DNA from: Octopus vulgaris
Lineage: Eukaryota
Direction: 5' to 3'
Length of the DNA stretch: 64,000 nt
Assembly (NCBI GenBank): GCA_951406725.2
Contig: OX597825.1
Location: 41,292,001 to 41,356,000, forward strand
Part shown: piece by piece, positions 51,685-64,000 of the stretch
Position numbering within the stretch: position 1 is the stretch's first letter
Layout of the letters: each line of letters begins with the position of its first letter
Notes under the pieces: model-generated
Seen by the model: only the letters and a program-made list of their open reading frames with translations
Database searches by the model: none
Told to the model about the DNA's origin: nothing
Position numbers and translations under genes: made by a program

Positions 51685-52861
51685 ATAACTATGAGAAGAT
51701 ATACAGGTATTGTGGAAAGGTTAAAATCAAACAGATAAGATAAGGAGATAAAGAGAGAGAGAGAGAGAGAGAGAGAGAACTAAACAGAGCAAAAAACAGG
51801 TGAAGGCAAGAAGAGAGTGAGAGAGAAAAGCAATTCAGCTGAGGTGGTTGCTGAGAAAATGGTATAAATGTAAAATAAAAATATTTTGAGTGACATTACT
51901 ATCAAATAGAATAAAAACTGATCGGCCATAAACAACAAATAAAACAATAGGAAAAGATACAATCAAAATTACCATACTCTTTCCTCAGCTGCTGAGTGAG
52001 GTTCAAAACAACAAGAATTGCACACTTTCCCCCAGTGTGCCTGAGTTTTAGTGCCAAGTCAGGATTACAAAAAGTACACAAAATTGAAAGAAAAATGAAC
52101 TCTTAAGGCTGCAATGAACAAAACACAATGATATTGCAGAGGATATTGAGCAGTGATGCCTTTTACTGTTCTTTCAAAATAAATTCATCAAAATTCTTTC
52201 GTTATTTATTTTCTCTTCTGTTTCTAGTTTCTAAAGTAAAACTAAATTATTGTTTTGTGTGCATATACTTGATACAGGTTAGGTATGAATTGCCTGTGCA
52301 GCACTAATGGTGTAGTAGTACTTATAGTTAGTGCATGCTGTTTCTCATTGCTTTCAGATCCTGTATCCAGATAACCATCTTCGTAAACTTGCTTTGATAT
52401 GTAAACTTTCTACCCAATCTCTCACACCAAGAATCTAGCACTATCTCCTCATGGTTGCACATGCTAGCTGAGTACTTTGTGATCCCATTCTAAAGTATAA
52501 TGCATCTCAGAGCAAGCAGGCCTTCATGTATATGGGCATGCACTGGCATCACTCAGCTGTTGTTTTATTTATGAACAAGACACAGATGTGACTAGGCCAT
52601 TAATGGCAACTCATCTGGGAGAAAATCACTCTAATCAAAAGCCATAAATGCTGATCACACTTGCTTTTATGTCATATGAAGTTTCTCTGTATAAAAACTG
52701 GATAAGGGCTTATGCCTAAAAGGACAAGAGCAGCACTATGAGGAGCATTGCAAAGACTAACAAGGGAGAAACCAACTACTGAAAATATTTAACAGGAATC
52801 TTTGTGGAAACTGAGATGCCTGGAAGCACCACTGGGAAACTTGTCTGCTGATGATCTAAAT

Positions 52862-53214
52862 CAGGGGTTCACAAACGTTTTTTCCTTTATCTGTGGACCC
52901 CTTTCATTATTATTTTATTCTGGTTGATCTCCATAGCCATTTGATGCTTACAAACTACTTTTATAGAAACTTCCTTCAGAATTCCTATTTCGTTTTTCCT
53001 ATTTTATTGTGTAGGTTGAACTATGTAAAATGTTTGAGAAAGAACCCCAGCTGTTTCTTTTAATACTTACCAATGCATATATCTAATGCAAAATATTTTC
53101 AGGGGCCCTAAAAATACTTTTATGGATCTCTAACTTACTGTTTTGTTGCATGAACTCACCAAGAATCATATATGGATTCTCAGGGGTTATATGTACCCTA
53201 GTTGAGAACCACTG
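52862..53214. mobile_element. hAT (Charlie-like) MITE
   Basis: TIRs CAGGGGTTCACAAAC and GTTGAGAACCACTG; perfect 8-bp TSD ATCTAAAT at 52854-52861 and 53215-53222. Confidence 0.93.
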
Positions 53215-54959
53215 ATCTAAATAGGGACTGACACCTTTTGATGTCATAAAGCACTGAATGGAATGGTGATGATGATTTGACAGTATAGTGATGAGGTTAT
53301 GTAGTGATATTAGGTAAATCTTTTATTGGCATCTGGAATTCAATAAAAAAAGTAAAGAATCACTGCTTGACAAGGTTCCTTGACTTGCTAGAAAGAGGAG
53401 CTATTTCTCCTCAAAGAAAGAGAATTATATTAAGTAATGTAACACTTGATATTTTTTCTGAAGTATGCAAATGGGATGAATGTAGTTGTAATGCCTTTGA
53501 ATGTAGGTTTGATTGAGCCAGTGTGGAGCTGATTGACATCAAGAGCATTTAAGAATATCATCTCATGGTAAACACAACATAAAACAAAGTTAAATATCTT
53601 CAAATAGTAATTATTTTCGATGTTGTCTTTAAATTATTATGTTTAACAATATCGATGCTGTTCTTTTTTATCCAACAATCAGTGTCATGTGTAATACAGT
53701 CTGACATTATATAGATGTTGTTCTCTTTGTTCCACAATCTATGGCATGTATAATATAGCAATAAAACAAAGCAATTTGAAAGACAACTACAATAGCAAAT
53801 TTAGTTAAAATTTTATTTTGCTTTTTGTTTTTGTTTTTCTTTTCAGCTAAAACATTACCATTTCAAGTTTGTTTCTATGAAACCTTATCTCCCTAATTTC
53901 AAACATAGAATATTTAAATTGCATACAAAATATTTGCTATATATTTCTTTTGTTATTTTTTTAAGTAACTATGATTTTAGATAATAGTCTTAGTGAAGCC
54001 TGACAAAGAAAATACCTAATTTTCACTCAACAATTTTTTAGTTTGTATTGTTAATTAAATTTTTCTCTCATCTTTATGACACCCGAAAGCTAATGTTTCA
54101 TTTTCTTTGGACAAACATATCATTATTACCTATTTATTATTCAGCATTTACTTGGGATAAATACACATATATACAGACAAAACACACACGCACAAGCACA
54201 CACACACAGAGACACACACACATACACGCACACACACACATACACACGCACACACCATAGGTTCAGGCATAGCTGTGTGGTGGTTATGAATTTTGCATAG
54301 CAACCATGTGCTTTCAGTTTACATTTCACTATATGGTAGTTTTGCAAATGTTTTCTACCATTGCTTTAGCCTGTCAAATACCTTGTAAGTGAAATAAAGG
54401 TTAATGCAACTTGTACAGCTCACTGCATGTGTGTTTGTGTGTGCGTGTACATGCATATATGCGTATATGTGCGTATATGTGCATGTGTGTGATCATGTGT
54501 GTGTCCCTGCATGCATGTGTGTGTGTGTATGTGTGTGGGGGGTGGCATGCATGCATGTGTATATGCAAGAGTTTGTCTTCTACATGTCTCCACATTGGTA
54601 CTGTTTGAGCAACAATATCTTTGGCCTGTACTTCATTAGTTTTATGTGGAGAGCAGTAAGAAAAATACCTTACTTGAAAACAAGTAGAGGTTGGTGACAA
54701 GAATTGAATCTAGTTGTATAATTCTATCTCAATAACTCTTGTCCATTCCATGGAAAAATTGGACATAAATGCAATCACGATGGCAATGAGGCATACAATA
54801 TAAATACACATTCATATCTCTGATTGGATACAAACAAATACCTGCACAAAACCACACACACACACACACACATGCACATAATATAAGGTGAGGAATTTTG
54901 TGTTGCTGTGTCTAGGAATGAAGAGAGTATAGGTTTGTTAAGCTATACACAAACAAACT

Positions 54960-57091
54960 TTTGGAGAAGAGAATGCATTTACCAAAAGTTTATTACTTTA
55001 GGTAAAATAGGGCTTAAACCATCAGTTATTTTTGTACAGTTCACTCACATTTGTTCCACACTCGCTGCTGACATTCTTCTGTTTTCATTCTCTTAGAAGT
55101 CCCTTTCATTCCTGCTGACCAACTTCCTAGCTAGCCCACAGTGAAATATCTGTCTACAGTTCGTCTGTCACTAATCCTTCCCTACATAGCTCCCCTTCAG
55201 AACTGTAGACTGTCATTGGAAACGGGATGGCATTTTAATTGTCCTGCCCCTGTATGTGGTTACTCATTTCTTTGGTGACTGTTCCTTGTCACAGGTTGGT
55301 GTGATCTGTCTAGGATGGCCCCTGTTTGGTGGTTGGAGCACCTGGACAGGGCTGTCAATATTGAGATGGGCTGGTTTCAATCTGTCGATGGAGACTGTCT
55401 TGTCGTCCACCAATTAGGAGTTGGAATGTTTTATCTCCTGGATGTATGACTTGATATGGACCATTGTAGGGTGACTGGAGGGGTCTTCACCATGTGTCAT
55501 GTTGAACAAACACAAAGTTAGCCGTGCTGAGGTTATTTGGTATAGATGATCTGGGTGTACCGAGTGTCGACATGGGAACAGGATGCAACTGGCCCATGCT
55601 GTCTTTCAGTTGAGTGAAGTACCTTTTAATATCCAGGTCTGAATTTGTATTCAGAAGGAATTCTCCTGGCACTGTAAGGGGAGCACTGTACATCATTTCT
55701 GTGGAGGAAATGTTGAGATTTTCTTTTATGGCAGTGCAAATTCTCAGCATTATCCATGGGAGTTGGTCGATCCAATTTGGCCTGTTAAGTCTGGTTGTCT
55801 GTGATTCCTTTTGGCAGCTGTGAAATCTCTCCACTAATCCATTGGCCTCTGGGTGATAGGCTATTGTGCGGTTCATTGTTATTCCGAAAAGATCACACGT
55901 CATTCTACAGCCTTGAGGTGAACTGTGAACCCCTATCAGATGAGATACTATCTGGGACACTAAAACAGGTGACCCAGTTTGCAATGAAAGCTCGGCTGAC
56001 TTCTTGTGTTTCTGTGCTGTGCAGAGGGATAGCTTCAGGCCAATGGGTGTAGCAGCCCACCAAGGTCAGTAGATACAAGCAACTCTGTGAAGGTGGTAGG
56101 GGACTGACAAGGTTGGTGTGATCTGTTGGTGTGAATGTTGACATGGCTGAATCGGGCCTGAAGTGGTTCATAGCTGCCAAGGAGTGCTTTGGTGTGTTGA
56201 TGAACCCTGGCTTGTTGACAAGGGATGCAGGTCCTGGTCCAGTCCTCGATTTGCTTGACCATACTGTGCCAGATAAAATTGCTTGACAGCAACTGCCATG
56301 TGACTTTAGTACCTGAGTAGGAAAGTTTGTGAATGATGTCAAAAACTTTCTTGCACCAGGCTGATGGGATGAACGGTCGTGGCTTGCCAGTGGATACATC
56401 ATACAGTAGGGTTGTGCCAAAGTGTACATCCTACAAAGAAAGTGATAAGATGGCAGTGCAGTAGGCCCTGATCTCGTCATCTGTCTGTTGAATGCAGCCA
56501 TAGCTTCATAATCCAAGCCTTTTGTTATTAGTGCTAGATAGGTGTGACAGTGGGTAGAAGCATAAGAGAGTGCATCAGCAACTGGGTTACCCTTGCCAGC
56601 TATGTGCTGGATGTCTGTGGTGTACTCAGAAACCGCCAATAGCTGTCGAAGAGACAGCAACGAGGGTGCTGGACATTTTAACCCATCCCCCACCAACAGA
56701 AAAATATGCCATATTAAAAGACAGTTGGAGTGGGATAGTACAATGACTTCAGCCTTCCAATCGGTGAACTATACTCAATGCCTCCATATTGTCGAACTCA
56801 GCCTTTGTGATAGCAAGTTTGTCCGGTGATAGACAACATGTGCGGTTGTGCACTGGGGAGTGGGGTGGAGATGAGAATATATTTACCAAAGGTTTATTAC
56901 TTTAGGTACAATAGGGCTTAAGCCGTCAGTTATTTTTGTATAGTTCACTCAGATTTGTTCCACACTCACTGCTCACATTCTGTTTTCATTCTCCTCCTGG
57001 AAGTTCTTTTTCTTTCCTGCCGAACAACTTCCTAGCTAGCCCACAGCGAAGAATCTGTCTACAGTTCGTCTGTCATGAATCCTTCCCTACA
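54960..57091 (-). mobile_element. Internally deleted Gypsy LTR retrotransposon retaining integrase
   Basis: LTRs about 54960-55186 and 56864-57091 ending CCTACA; PPT GAAGGGGAGCTA. ORFs 55905-56696 and 55487-55984 show IQHIAGKGNPVADALS, WTRTCIPCQ, WPEAIPL, SDRGSQFTS and AYHPEANGLVERFH. Confidence 0.92.
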
Positions 57092-57231
57092 AGGGAGTAA
57101 TTTCAGGACTACAATAATATTTACACTGTATTCATGTGTGGATTACTTTCCCTCTTGTTTGTAAACCCAAAGGTGTATACACATACACACATACACACAC
57201 ACAACCAAACATGTATTTCTCCTCCTTCTCC

Positions 57232-57345
57232 TCATCATCCTTATCAACATCAGCAGCAGCAGCAGCATCACCACCACCACCACCATTATCATTATCATAA
57301 TCTTCATCATCATCATCATCATCCTCCTCCTCATCATCATCATTA
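57232..57345. repeat. Mixed (CAT)/(CAG)/(CAC) trinucleotide tract
   Basis: Directly visible; it produces the polyQ/polyH ORF. Confidence 0.95.
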
Positions 57346-58199
57346 TGATGCTTGATCGTCCAGTTCAGTGTCTTAACGACATCCTTGTAACATTAAGATC
57401 AACTTTCACCACATCTTCCTGTGTCTTCTGCATTCAAAACTTTCTTCCATTTGGATCTCTTGGCTATTTTTTAACCAACTATCATTGTTCATACATATAT
57501 ATATCCATACTGTGCAGTTTATTTTTTCTCTCTCTTGTGCAATATATCGGGTTCCTCTTTGCAGCCAGTTTTTCTTTCAACACATTGTGCTCTATCATTC
57601 ATATACACTAACACTATACATTAAGATAAGGATATATTTTTATTTCCTTCCAGCATTCGTATATCTTCTGCATTTAATGCCTATGTTTCTCTACTATACA
57701 ACATTACACTTCTTACACAAACATCATACAGTTTACCCTTCATTTGGAGAAAGAAGATTTTGTTGCCAGCTGGGATTTTATCTCCCTGAACTTTTTCCCT
57801 CATGATCTTATTTAAGGCTACTAATTTGAAACACACACTTTTACTTTAATTAGACCAATGAGACAAGAAAAGCTATCAAGTGCCTCTCTGGAGCATTTTA
57901 TGCAGATCAAAGAATTTCTTTAGTGCATTCTCTTACTGCTAACTGCACTTGTTCATCTGCCACATATGAAGTATTTCCTTTCTGTCATATTACTTCTAAT
58001 CTCACTACACCACTAGTACTCCTATAGTTTATACTGAGAACACTTTCTACTTTCCTGCATATACAACATGGTTACTTTCCAGATGGCAGGAGAGTCCTAT
58101 CTGCTTTGCTGCTACCACTTTGTCTTTATTATGTTGATTTTGAGGCCTCTCAACTCCAAGTTCTGTGTCTATGCTTGGAATTTCCCCTCAAAAATCTTT

Positions 58200-59130
58200 A
58201 ACTAGGTCATCAATGTAGAGGAGAACTCATAAACTCATAAACAGCTAGCTTCAAACTCCTTTACTCCAAAATTATTATTTAGAAAACTATAATAAACAGA
58301 AAGGAACTGAAAACTGAGCCCTGATAGACACCTATTTGCACACAAAAACACAATGTCCAGTTTCACTGTGTTGATGACATCTGTGATATATTTGTACATA
58401 GTTGATACAGCCCTCATTTGCCATTTCTAATAAATTAGTTTCCTTTAAAAACTACCAGAGTGAGGTACCCTCTTAAAAGCCTTCTCAACATTGAAAAATA
58501 CATGACAGTCTACTTTTAGATAAGAATATCTCTCAAAGTTGTCTTATTCAGAAAAGAGTATCAGTTGTACCTGTTCAAGCATAAATCTGAACTGCATCTC
58601 GTCTAATCTAAATTTCTCTCGATCCTTTGTGCTTTAACTCAATGGTTCTCAACCGAGGTCCTTATAAGATTTTGTTGTTAAAATTTATGTACAATAAATT
58701 GCTTATATTTCTACGATGTACAAAATAGTTTAAATTTCTTATACAATTCCTAATAATATTTAAGTATAAAAATACAGAAGAATGCTTTTTATATACATTG
58801 AATTGCTATGGAAGTCCATTTGAGTAAAACAGGAATGAAAGGGGTCCATAAGGAAAAATTGATTGCGAATCATTGTTCTAAATTTCTTTTATTTTTATAA
58901 CTGATTCCATTATTTCAAAGCATCTTCAGTTGCTTCTTTATGAAGCATTTCTTTACTTTAGAGACATTTGATGAAAATGCTTCTATTCCAGTCATTCAGT
59001 ATGGCATCTCTGCTTATCACTTGACTGATTTTGTCTGAGACTAGTATTTTACCAGATATTTCAACCTCTAAGTAATTATTCCAGATACGTATGGAAAATA
59101 TGTTTTTAAATTCTGTCTTTTTGAAGCAGA
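58200..59130 (-). mobile_element. RTE LINE fragment interrupted by a hAT MITE
   Basis: Minus strand RLDEMQFRFM, FFNVEKAFKRVP and ILNDWNRSIFIKC. Confidence 0.7.
58640..58875. mobile_element. hAT MITE, decayed
   Basis: TIRs CAATGGTTCTCAACC and GATTGCGAATCATTG; TSD only 5/8 (CTTTAACT / TTCTAAAT). Confidence 0.75.
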
Positions 59131-59283
59131 GATATTTAAAGAACAAAATGTCAAGATTCCGGACAGAAGAGTGGGAAAAAAATTTAATCCTTAGGAGTAA
59201 ATTTCTAGCATTGTTGTATATTATACCAGTTTTCCAGATGAAAGAGAGCTATTTGCTTTTTTGTATATTTTAGTTTTATATAA

Positions 59284-59502
59284 GGTGCCAATCTGGCAGA
59301 AATGATAGCATGCTAGGTGAAATGCTTAGCAATATTTTGTCTGTTTCTACGTTCTGAGTTCAAATCCCAGCAAGGTTGACTTTGCATTTCATCCTTTCGG
59401 GGTCGATAAATTAAATACCAGTTGCGTACTGGGGTTGATCTAATCGACTGGCTCCTTCCTCATAAATTTAGGGCCTTATGCCTAGAGCAGAAAAGAAAAT
59501 TG
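59284..59502 (+). mobile_element. Family B SINE with 13-bp TSD
   Basis: TSD TAGTTTTATATAA at 59271-59283 and 59503-59515. Confidence 0.9.
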
Positions 59503-61551
59503 TAGTTTTATATAAAAGAACAACAATACTATCACTCTCCAAAATATATTAGTCAATATTCAAGGAAGGTGTTTCTTTATCATGATTTTGATTAGATACT
59601 TTTTCCATCAGCTACCCTTTCTAGAAAGAAAAAATTCTGTACTTGAAGGAACAAGTATTTAGATTAGATTTTCTTCTTAAACCTAACTTGAAATATGTAG
59701 CCAATGAAAATCAGGCCAAGATATTATTCTGGCAAGCTAATAAATGGGGCTCACTCATGTTGTTTTTAATCTGAAAGAAATAGCAGCCAAATCTTCTTCA
59801 AATTATACTCTACCATTAAAAAAAAAAAAAAGAAATATCTCACTTGACAATATATTCCAAAAATGGTGGATGGTCATGTCTAGAAAACCTTTGATCACAG
59901 GTTAAATTGATTATGGTTAACTTGGGGTTAAATAGCAACAACAACAATAAAATTTTACAGTATTTTGCAGTTTAATTCCTAAACTTCACCAAAATTATGT
60001 TGCATAAACAGTAAATTTGTGTTACTCTTTTCCTGATTAAATGTCTATTGAATTAAGCTACCTATAGTTTTTTTATTAATTTTTTTTTTTAATAATTAGT
60101 AGTTTGGAAGGATTTAATAAAATGAGTAGCCATTTTATAATTAAGGTACTATTTTGAATAGAATTTTTTAAATGTTGTTCATTCAAACTCTTTAAAATTG
60201 GAAGCTTTTATATCAAAGAAGAGGCAAGTTGGTACCAAAAGGTTTAAATAAATGTAAAGTAAAAGTTTGATTATGTACATCAAAATCTATCCCACTGTGT
60301 ACCAAAGTTTTAATTTTTTAAAATTGACTTTTAAGTTTGCAGTGAAGGCAAGCATAAGAGTAATGAAAAATTAAATTGTGTATATGTATTCATGATTGAA
60401 AATATTTAGTGTAATTAGTGGCAGCTTAACTGTAGAAATGATATTGGTTTTAAATTCCTTTGAGACAGAGTGTTTTAAAATATACAGAGCAAAACAGTGA
60501 CATTCTTTTGAAAAAGGCATCTGATTACATGTTGCATTTGACATTTCTAAAATGAAATGAACAATATTCTGTCAGAAATGAAAGAGACAGATAACAGTTA
60601 ATTTTTTGGAATATGAGACCATGCACTAGTATTTAAAAAGTTTTGTTACGGAATATCAACTCTTGAGATAAAGTTAAGCTTTTCTTAGTTTTAGCTTTTC
60701 TCAAACTTCACCAGTAAGAATGTAAAGTTTGCAAAAGAGCAAAGCCCAGCTAAATGTAGTACAGTTAATAAAGGGTAAATGGTGTGTATTTTACTGCATC
60801 ATTAAACCAAATTTAAATTTCCCCATGCATGATTGTGTGGTAAACAAGTTTACTTTACAACCATATGGTTTTAAGTTCCATTCTACTGTATCTTGAGCCA
60901 GTATCTTCTGATATAATCCCAATGATCACTATTTTGCAAGTATAATTTGATAGACAGAAACTCTATTTGACATTTATCATAAACTGAATTACATACACTT
61001 TGTTGTAAGAAAGATGTAGTGAACCAATGATTGGCCCATTGGACACTATTGTAAAATTCCACTAACGATGCTTTTGTTTACACATTGTGACATAAAATAA
61101 ATAAACCAAAGAAATAATAAATCGGAAACTATTTTCTATGTTTAGCTCAGTTACTTTTAGGGGATTGCATTTTAACAACCCATTCTGTCAGTGTCATTTT
61201 GTTTTAAATTCTTACATTCTACAAATCAATAAGTCTTAGAGTAATGCTATTTACAGTACTGGTTTTCTATTTACTTTTCTTTTCTGACATGACAGCAAGC
61301 TGGTACACAGCATCCTATCACTTTAGTTATCTCTGTACTTTAGGAATTTTTCTTTTGATAGAACCTAGATTCTTCAGGCTGTCTCAAAAATTAACTGATG
61401 TCATTAACTCTCACTTCTGCAGATCCTTTCAGATATTAAATTTCACCAACTACTTATTCAGAACTCTTTCTTATCTCTGTCTAGTAGTTTCTTACCAAAG
61501 GATTGCAGATCCTGTGGATTTACAAAAGCAGAAGTAAGATATGTAAACTGC

Positions 61552-62242
61552 TCTTTATCTTTTACTTGTTGTAGTCATTAGAGTGTGGCCATGCTGGGGC
61601 ATCACCTTGATGGGTTTAGTTGAACAAACTGACTTCCATACATATTTTCTTAAAGTCTGGTGCTTATTTTATCAGTCTCTTTTGTTGAACTGCTAATTTA
61701 GGGAATATAAACAAACCAACACCAGTTGTCAAGTGGCATGGGGGACAGACCAAACATAAAGACATATAGATACACCCCACCACACACACACACACACACA
61801 TATATGTATATATTCAATATTATCTGAGTAATAATCTCATAACATGCATTTAAAAGCTCCTATACTATTATGGGCTACCATATGCCATCATATAGCAAGG
61901 TTATTTCCTAAGCTGGGTAAACATGTGGAACTCTTTTAGTGTATAGAATTGATATAAAAATTTATAGAAGATAGAAGAAAACAGGATTTAATTACAAATT
62001 ACAACATTTGTTTCTATGCTGTTGCCTTAATAGAAATCTACCAATGAAATATTGGCACCCAGTTGTTGCCAAATCATATTTATTTATTTGATTATTCATA
62101 AAATAATCTTATATAATGGTATGAGATGAAAACTCAGCAACTTAAAGCTTGTGCAAAACAAATGTAACTAAAACCTGTTGTTTCATTTGGCTATATCAAC
62201 CTCATACATTTATATGTGTATATGTATATGTATGTGTATATA

Positions 62243-62285
<43 letters not shown>

Positions 62286-62660
62286 TGAGGAAATATTATT
62301 CCAAACTTACAGGGAAAAATTCAATTTAGAAATACTAAATCAAATTTCACAAAATATAAGATATATATATTAGAAAAAAATCACCTTTTATCAATTCAAT
62401 AATGAAAAAATTAAATTATAACATTTAGAAAAATTACATCTAATAGAAAGATTAAATATAAGATAAAACATATACCAATGATTAAGTAATGTGCAAAATA
62501 ATAAATAAAACGTAACCAAATATATACATTTTATTTATTATTTTGCTCATTACTTAATCACTGGTTTTTGTTTTATCTTATATTTAATCTTTCTATAAGA
62601 TGTAATTTTTCTAAATGTTATAATTTAATTTTTTCATTATTGAATTGATTAAAGGTGGTT

Positions 62661-62718
<58 letters not shown>

Positions 62719-62840
62719 CCACTCACAAGGCTTCAGTCAATCTGGGCTGTAGCAGAAGACACTTGTCCAAGGTGCCATGCAGTGGATGTCAACCTGGAAT
62801 TAAGTATTTGGGAAGCAAACTTCTTACTACATAGTCACTA
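61552..62840 (-). mobile_element. Family A SINE split (tail 61552-61800, head 62716-62840) by about 900 bp inserted in its microsatellite
   Basis: Both halves are reverse complements of 31925-32340 and are in the correct order. Confidence 0.8.
62361..62677. repeat. Near-perfect AT-rich palindrome, about 154-bp arms and 10-nt loop
   Basis: 62361-62514 is the reverse complement of 62525-62677 with few mismatches. Confidence 0.93.
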
Positions 62841-63227
62841 TGTCCAACATCTTAAAAAAACAGCAGTAAGAACATATAATTATTCAGTTACATATAACTC
62901 TGAGCTGTGAGATGAAATTGGGGAAACTGCATTTGCTAGTTATAGATCCTTGAAGATTTTGGGTGTTCTGTGGGAAATAAAAGGGATAAGTCAAAAGAAA
63001 AAAATTATAATTTTACAATTTTATCAGCTAATTTTAATTTGTCATTTCATTTAACATGGAAAACTGATTTAAGTTTATTCTTTTATTTTGTTCAAAAGGA
63101 AGTCTAATAGGTATTGTTATGCAAAAGTTAGCCAATTTTTATGTCAGTTTCTGATATTGACTCCATTATATTCTGTTTCTATTTGAGTTGCTCTCTTTGT
63201 AAACATGAATTATTTAGTTGAACCAAA

Positions 63228-63445
63228 AGCAGTGAGTTGACAGAACCATTATCATGATCAGGACGAAAGGTATAGTGATATTTCATCCATCTTTACAATA
63301 TGAGTTCAAGTTCCACTGAAGTCACCTTTGCCTTCCATCCTTTCAGGTTTGATGAAATACATACCAGCCGTACACTGAGATCGATGCAATCAACTAGCCT
63401 CTTTCTCCAAAATTTTGGGCCATGTGTCTATAGCAGTGAAGAATA
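63228..63445 (+). mobile_element. Family B SINE
   Basis: Family match; TSD TATTTAGTTGA on both sides. Confidence 0.85.
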
Positions 63446-64000
63446 TTTAGTTGAGCTGGTGAGATAGCATTTTACATATTGTTTCAGCTTGTGAGAAATA
63501 TCAATGAAATCTCTCAAATCACAACCTTTATTTGCCTAACAAGTCCTTGGGTTACTGGCACAGAAAACATGACAGCCTGGTCAGGACTGGAATATTTCCT
63601 CTGAGTTGACCTTTGGCTAAACAAAATCACGTATTTTGTTTTAAGCTTCTAAAAATAACAATCTTGGTAAGAATTGCCTCTCACATTTATCACAACTTCA
63701 TGCTGTGTTGTGCCAGATATTTATCAGAAACATTATTATATCAAATAACCCCTTTAAATTCTAACTAACACAATCACTAGAATTCAATAAAAGGAATCTT
63801 AAGTGTCACTCTTGTAATCTCATCTTCAATGTATAATGAGCAAGTGATAAATTACTGACAGCTCACTTGTTGATTAATATTACCATGGAATCAAAAGATT
63901 TTAAGGGTTTTTGTATCAACAAGTGTGAGCCATAAATTTATATGATTTGATTATTCAAGCAATGATCTTAATGACAAAATCCCAGCTTACAATGTGTAAA

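Noticed and set aside
57134-57355. PolyQ/polyH ORF resembling a transcription factor low-complexity region
   Set aside because: Trinucleotide tract next to (CA)n, with no domain or splice context.

Overview
AT-rich, microsatellite-dense animal DNA, almost entirely made of decayed transposable elements. The SINE and RTE repeat families look like those of Octopus or another coleoid cephalopod (recognition, not proven). I find no credible host protein-coding exon, rRNA, true tRNA or CRISPR array; most ORFs in the track are microsatellite translations or broken TE frames. Supported DNA elements: an internally deleted Chapaev3-type transposase, a full-length hAT with a perfect 8-bp TSD, Tc1, DD37D and DD41D-type elements, several mariners, hAT and foldback MITEs, and a non-autonomous Helitron with intact termini. 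Supported retroelements: two Gypsy LTR elements, RTE, Penelope-like and L1/Tx1 fragments, and many tRNA-derived SINEs. I cannot claim a new biological system. The best leads are the Helitron carrying a near-open L1/Tx1 ORF1-like cargo, minimal hammerhead-like motifs, repeated nesting of elements inside one SINE family, module-swapped SINEs and several long palindromes.
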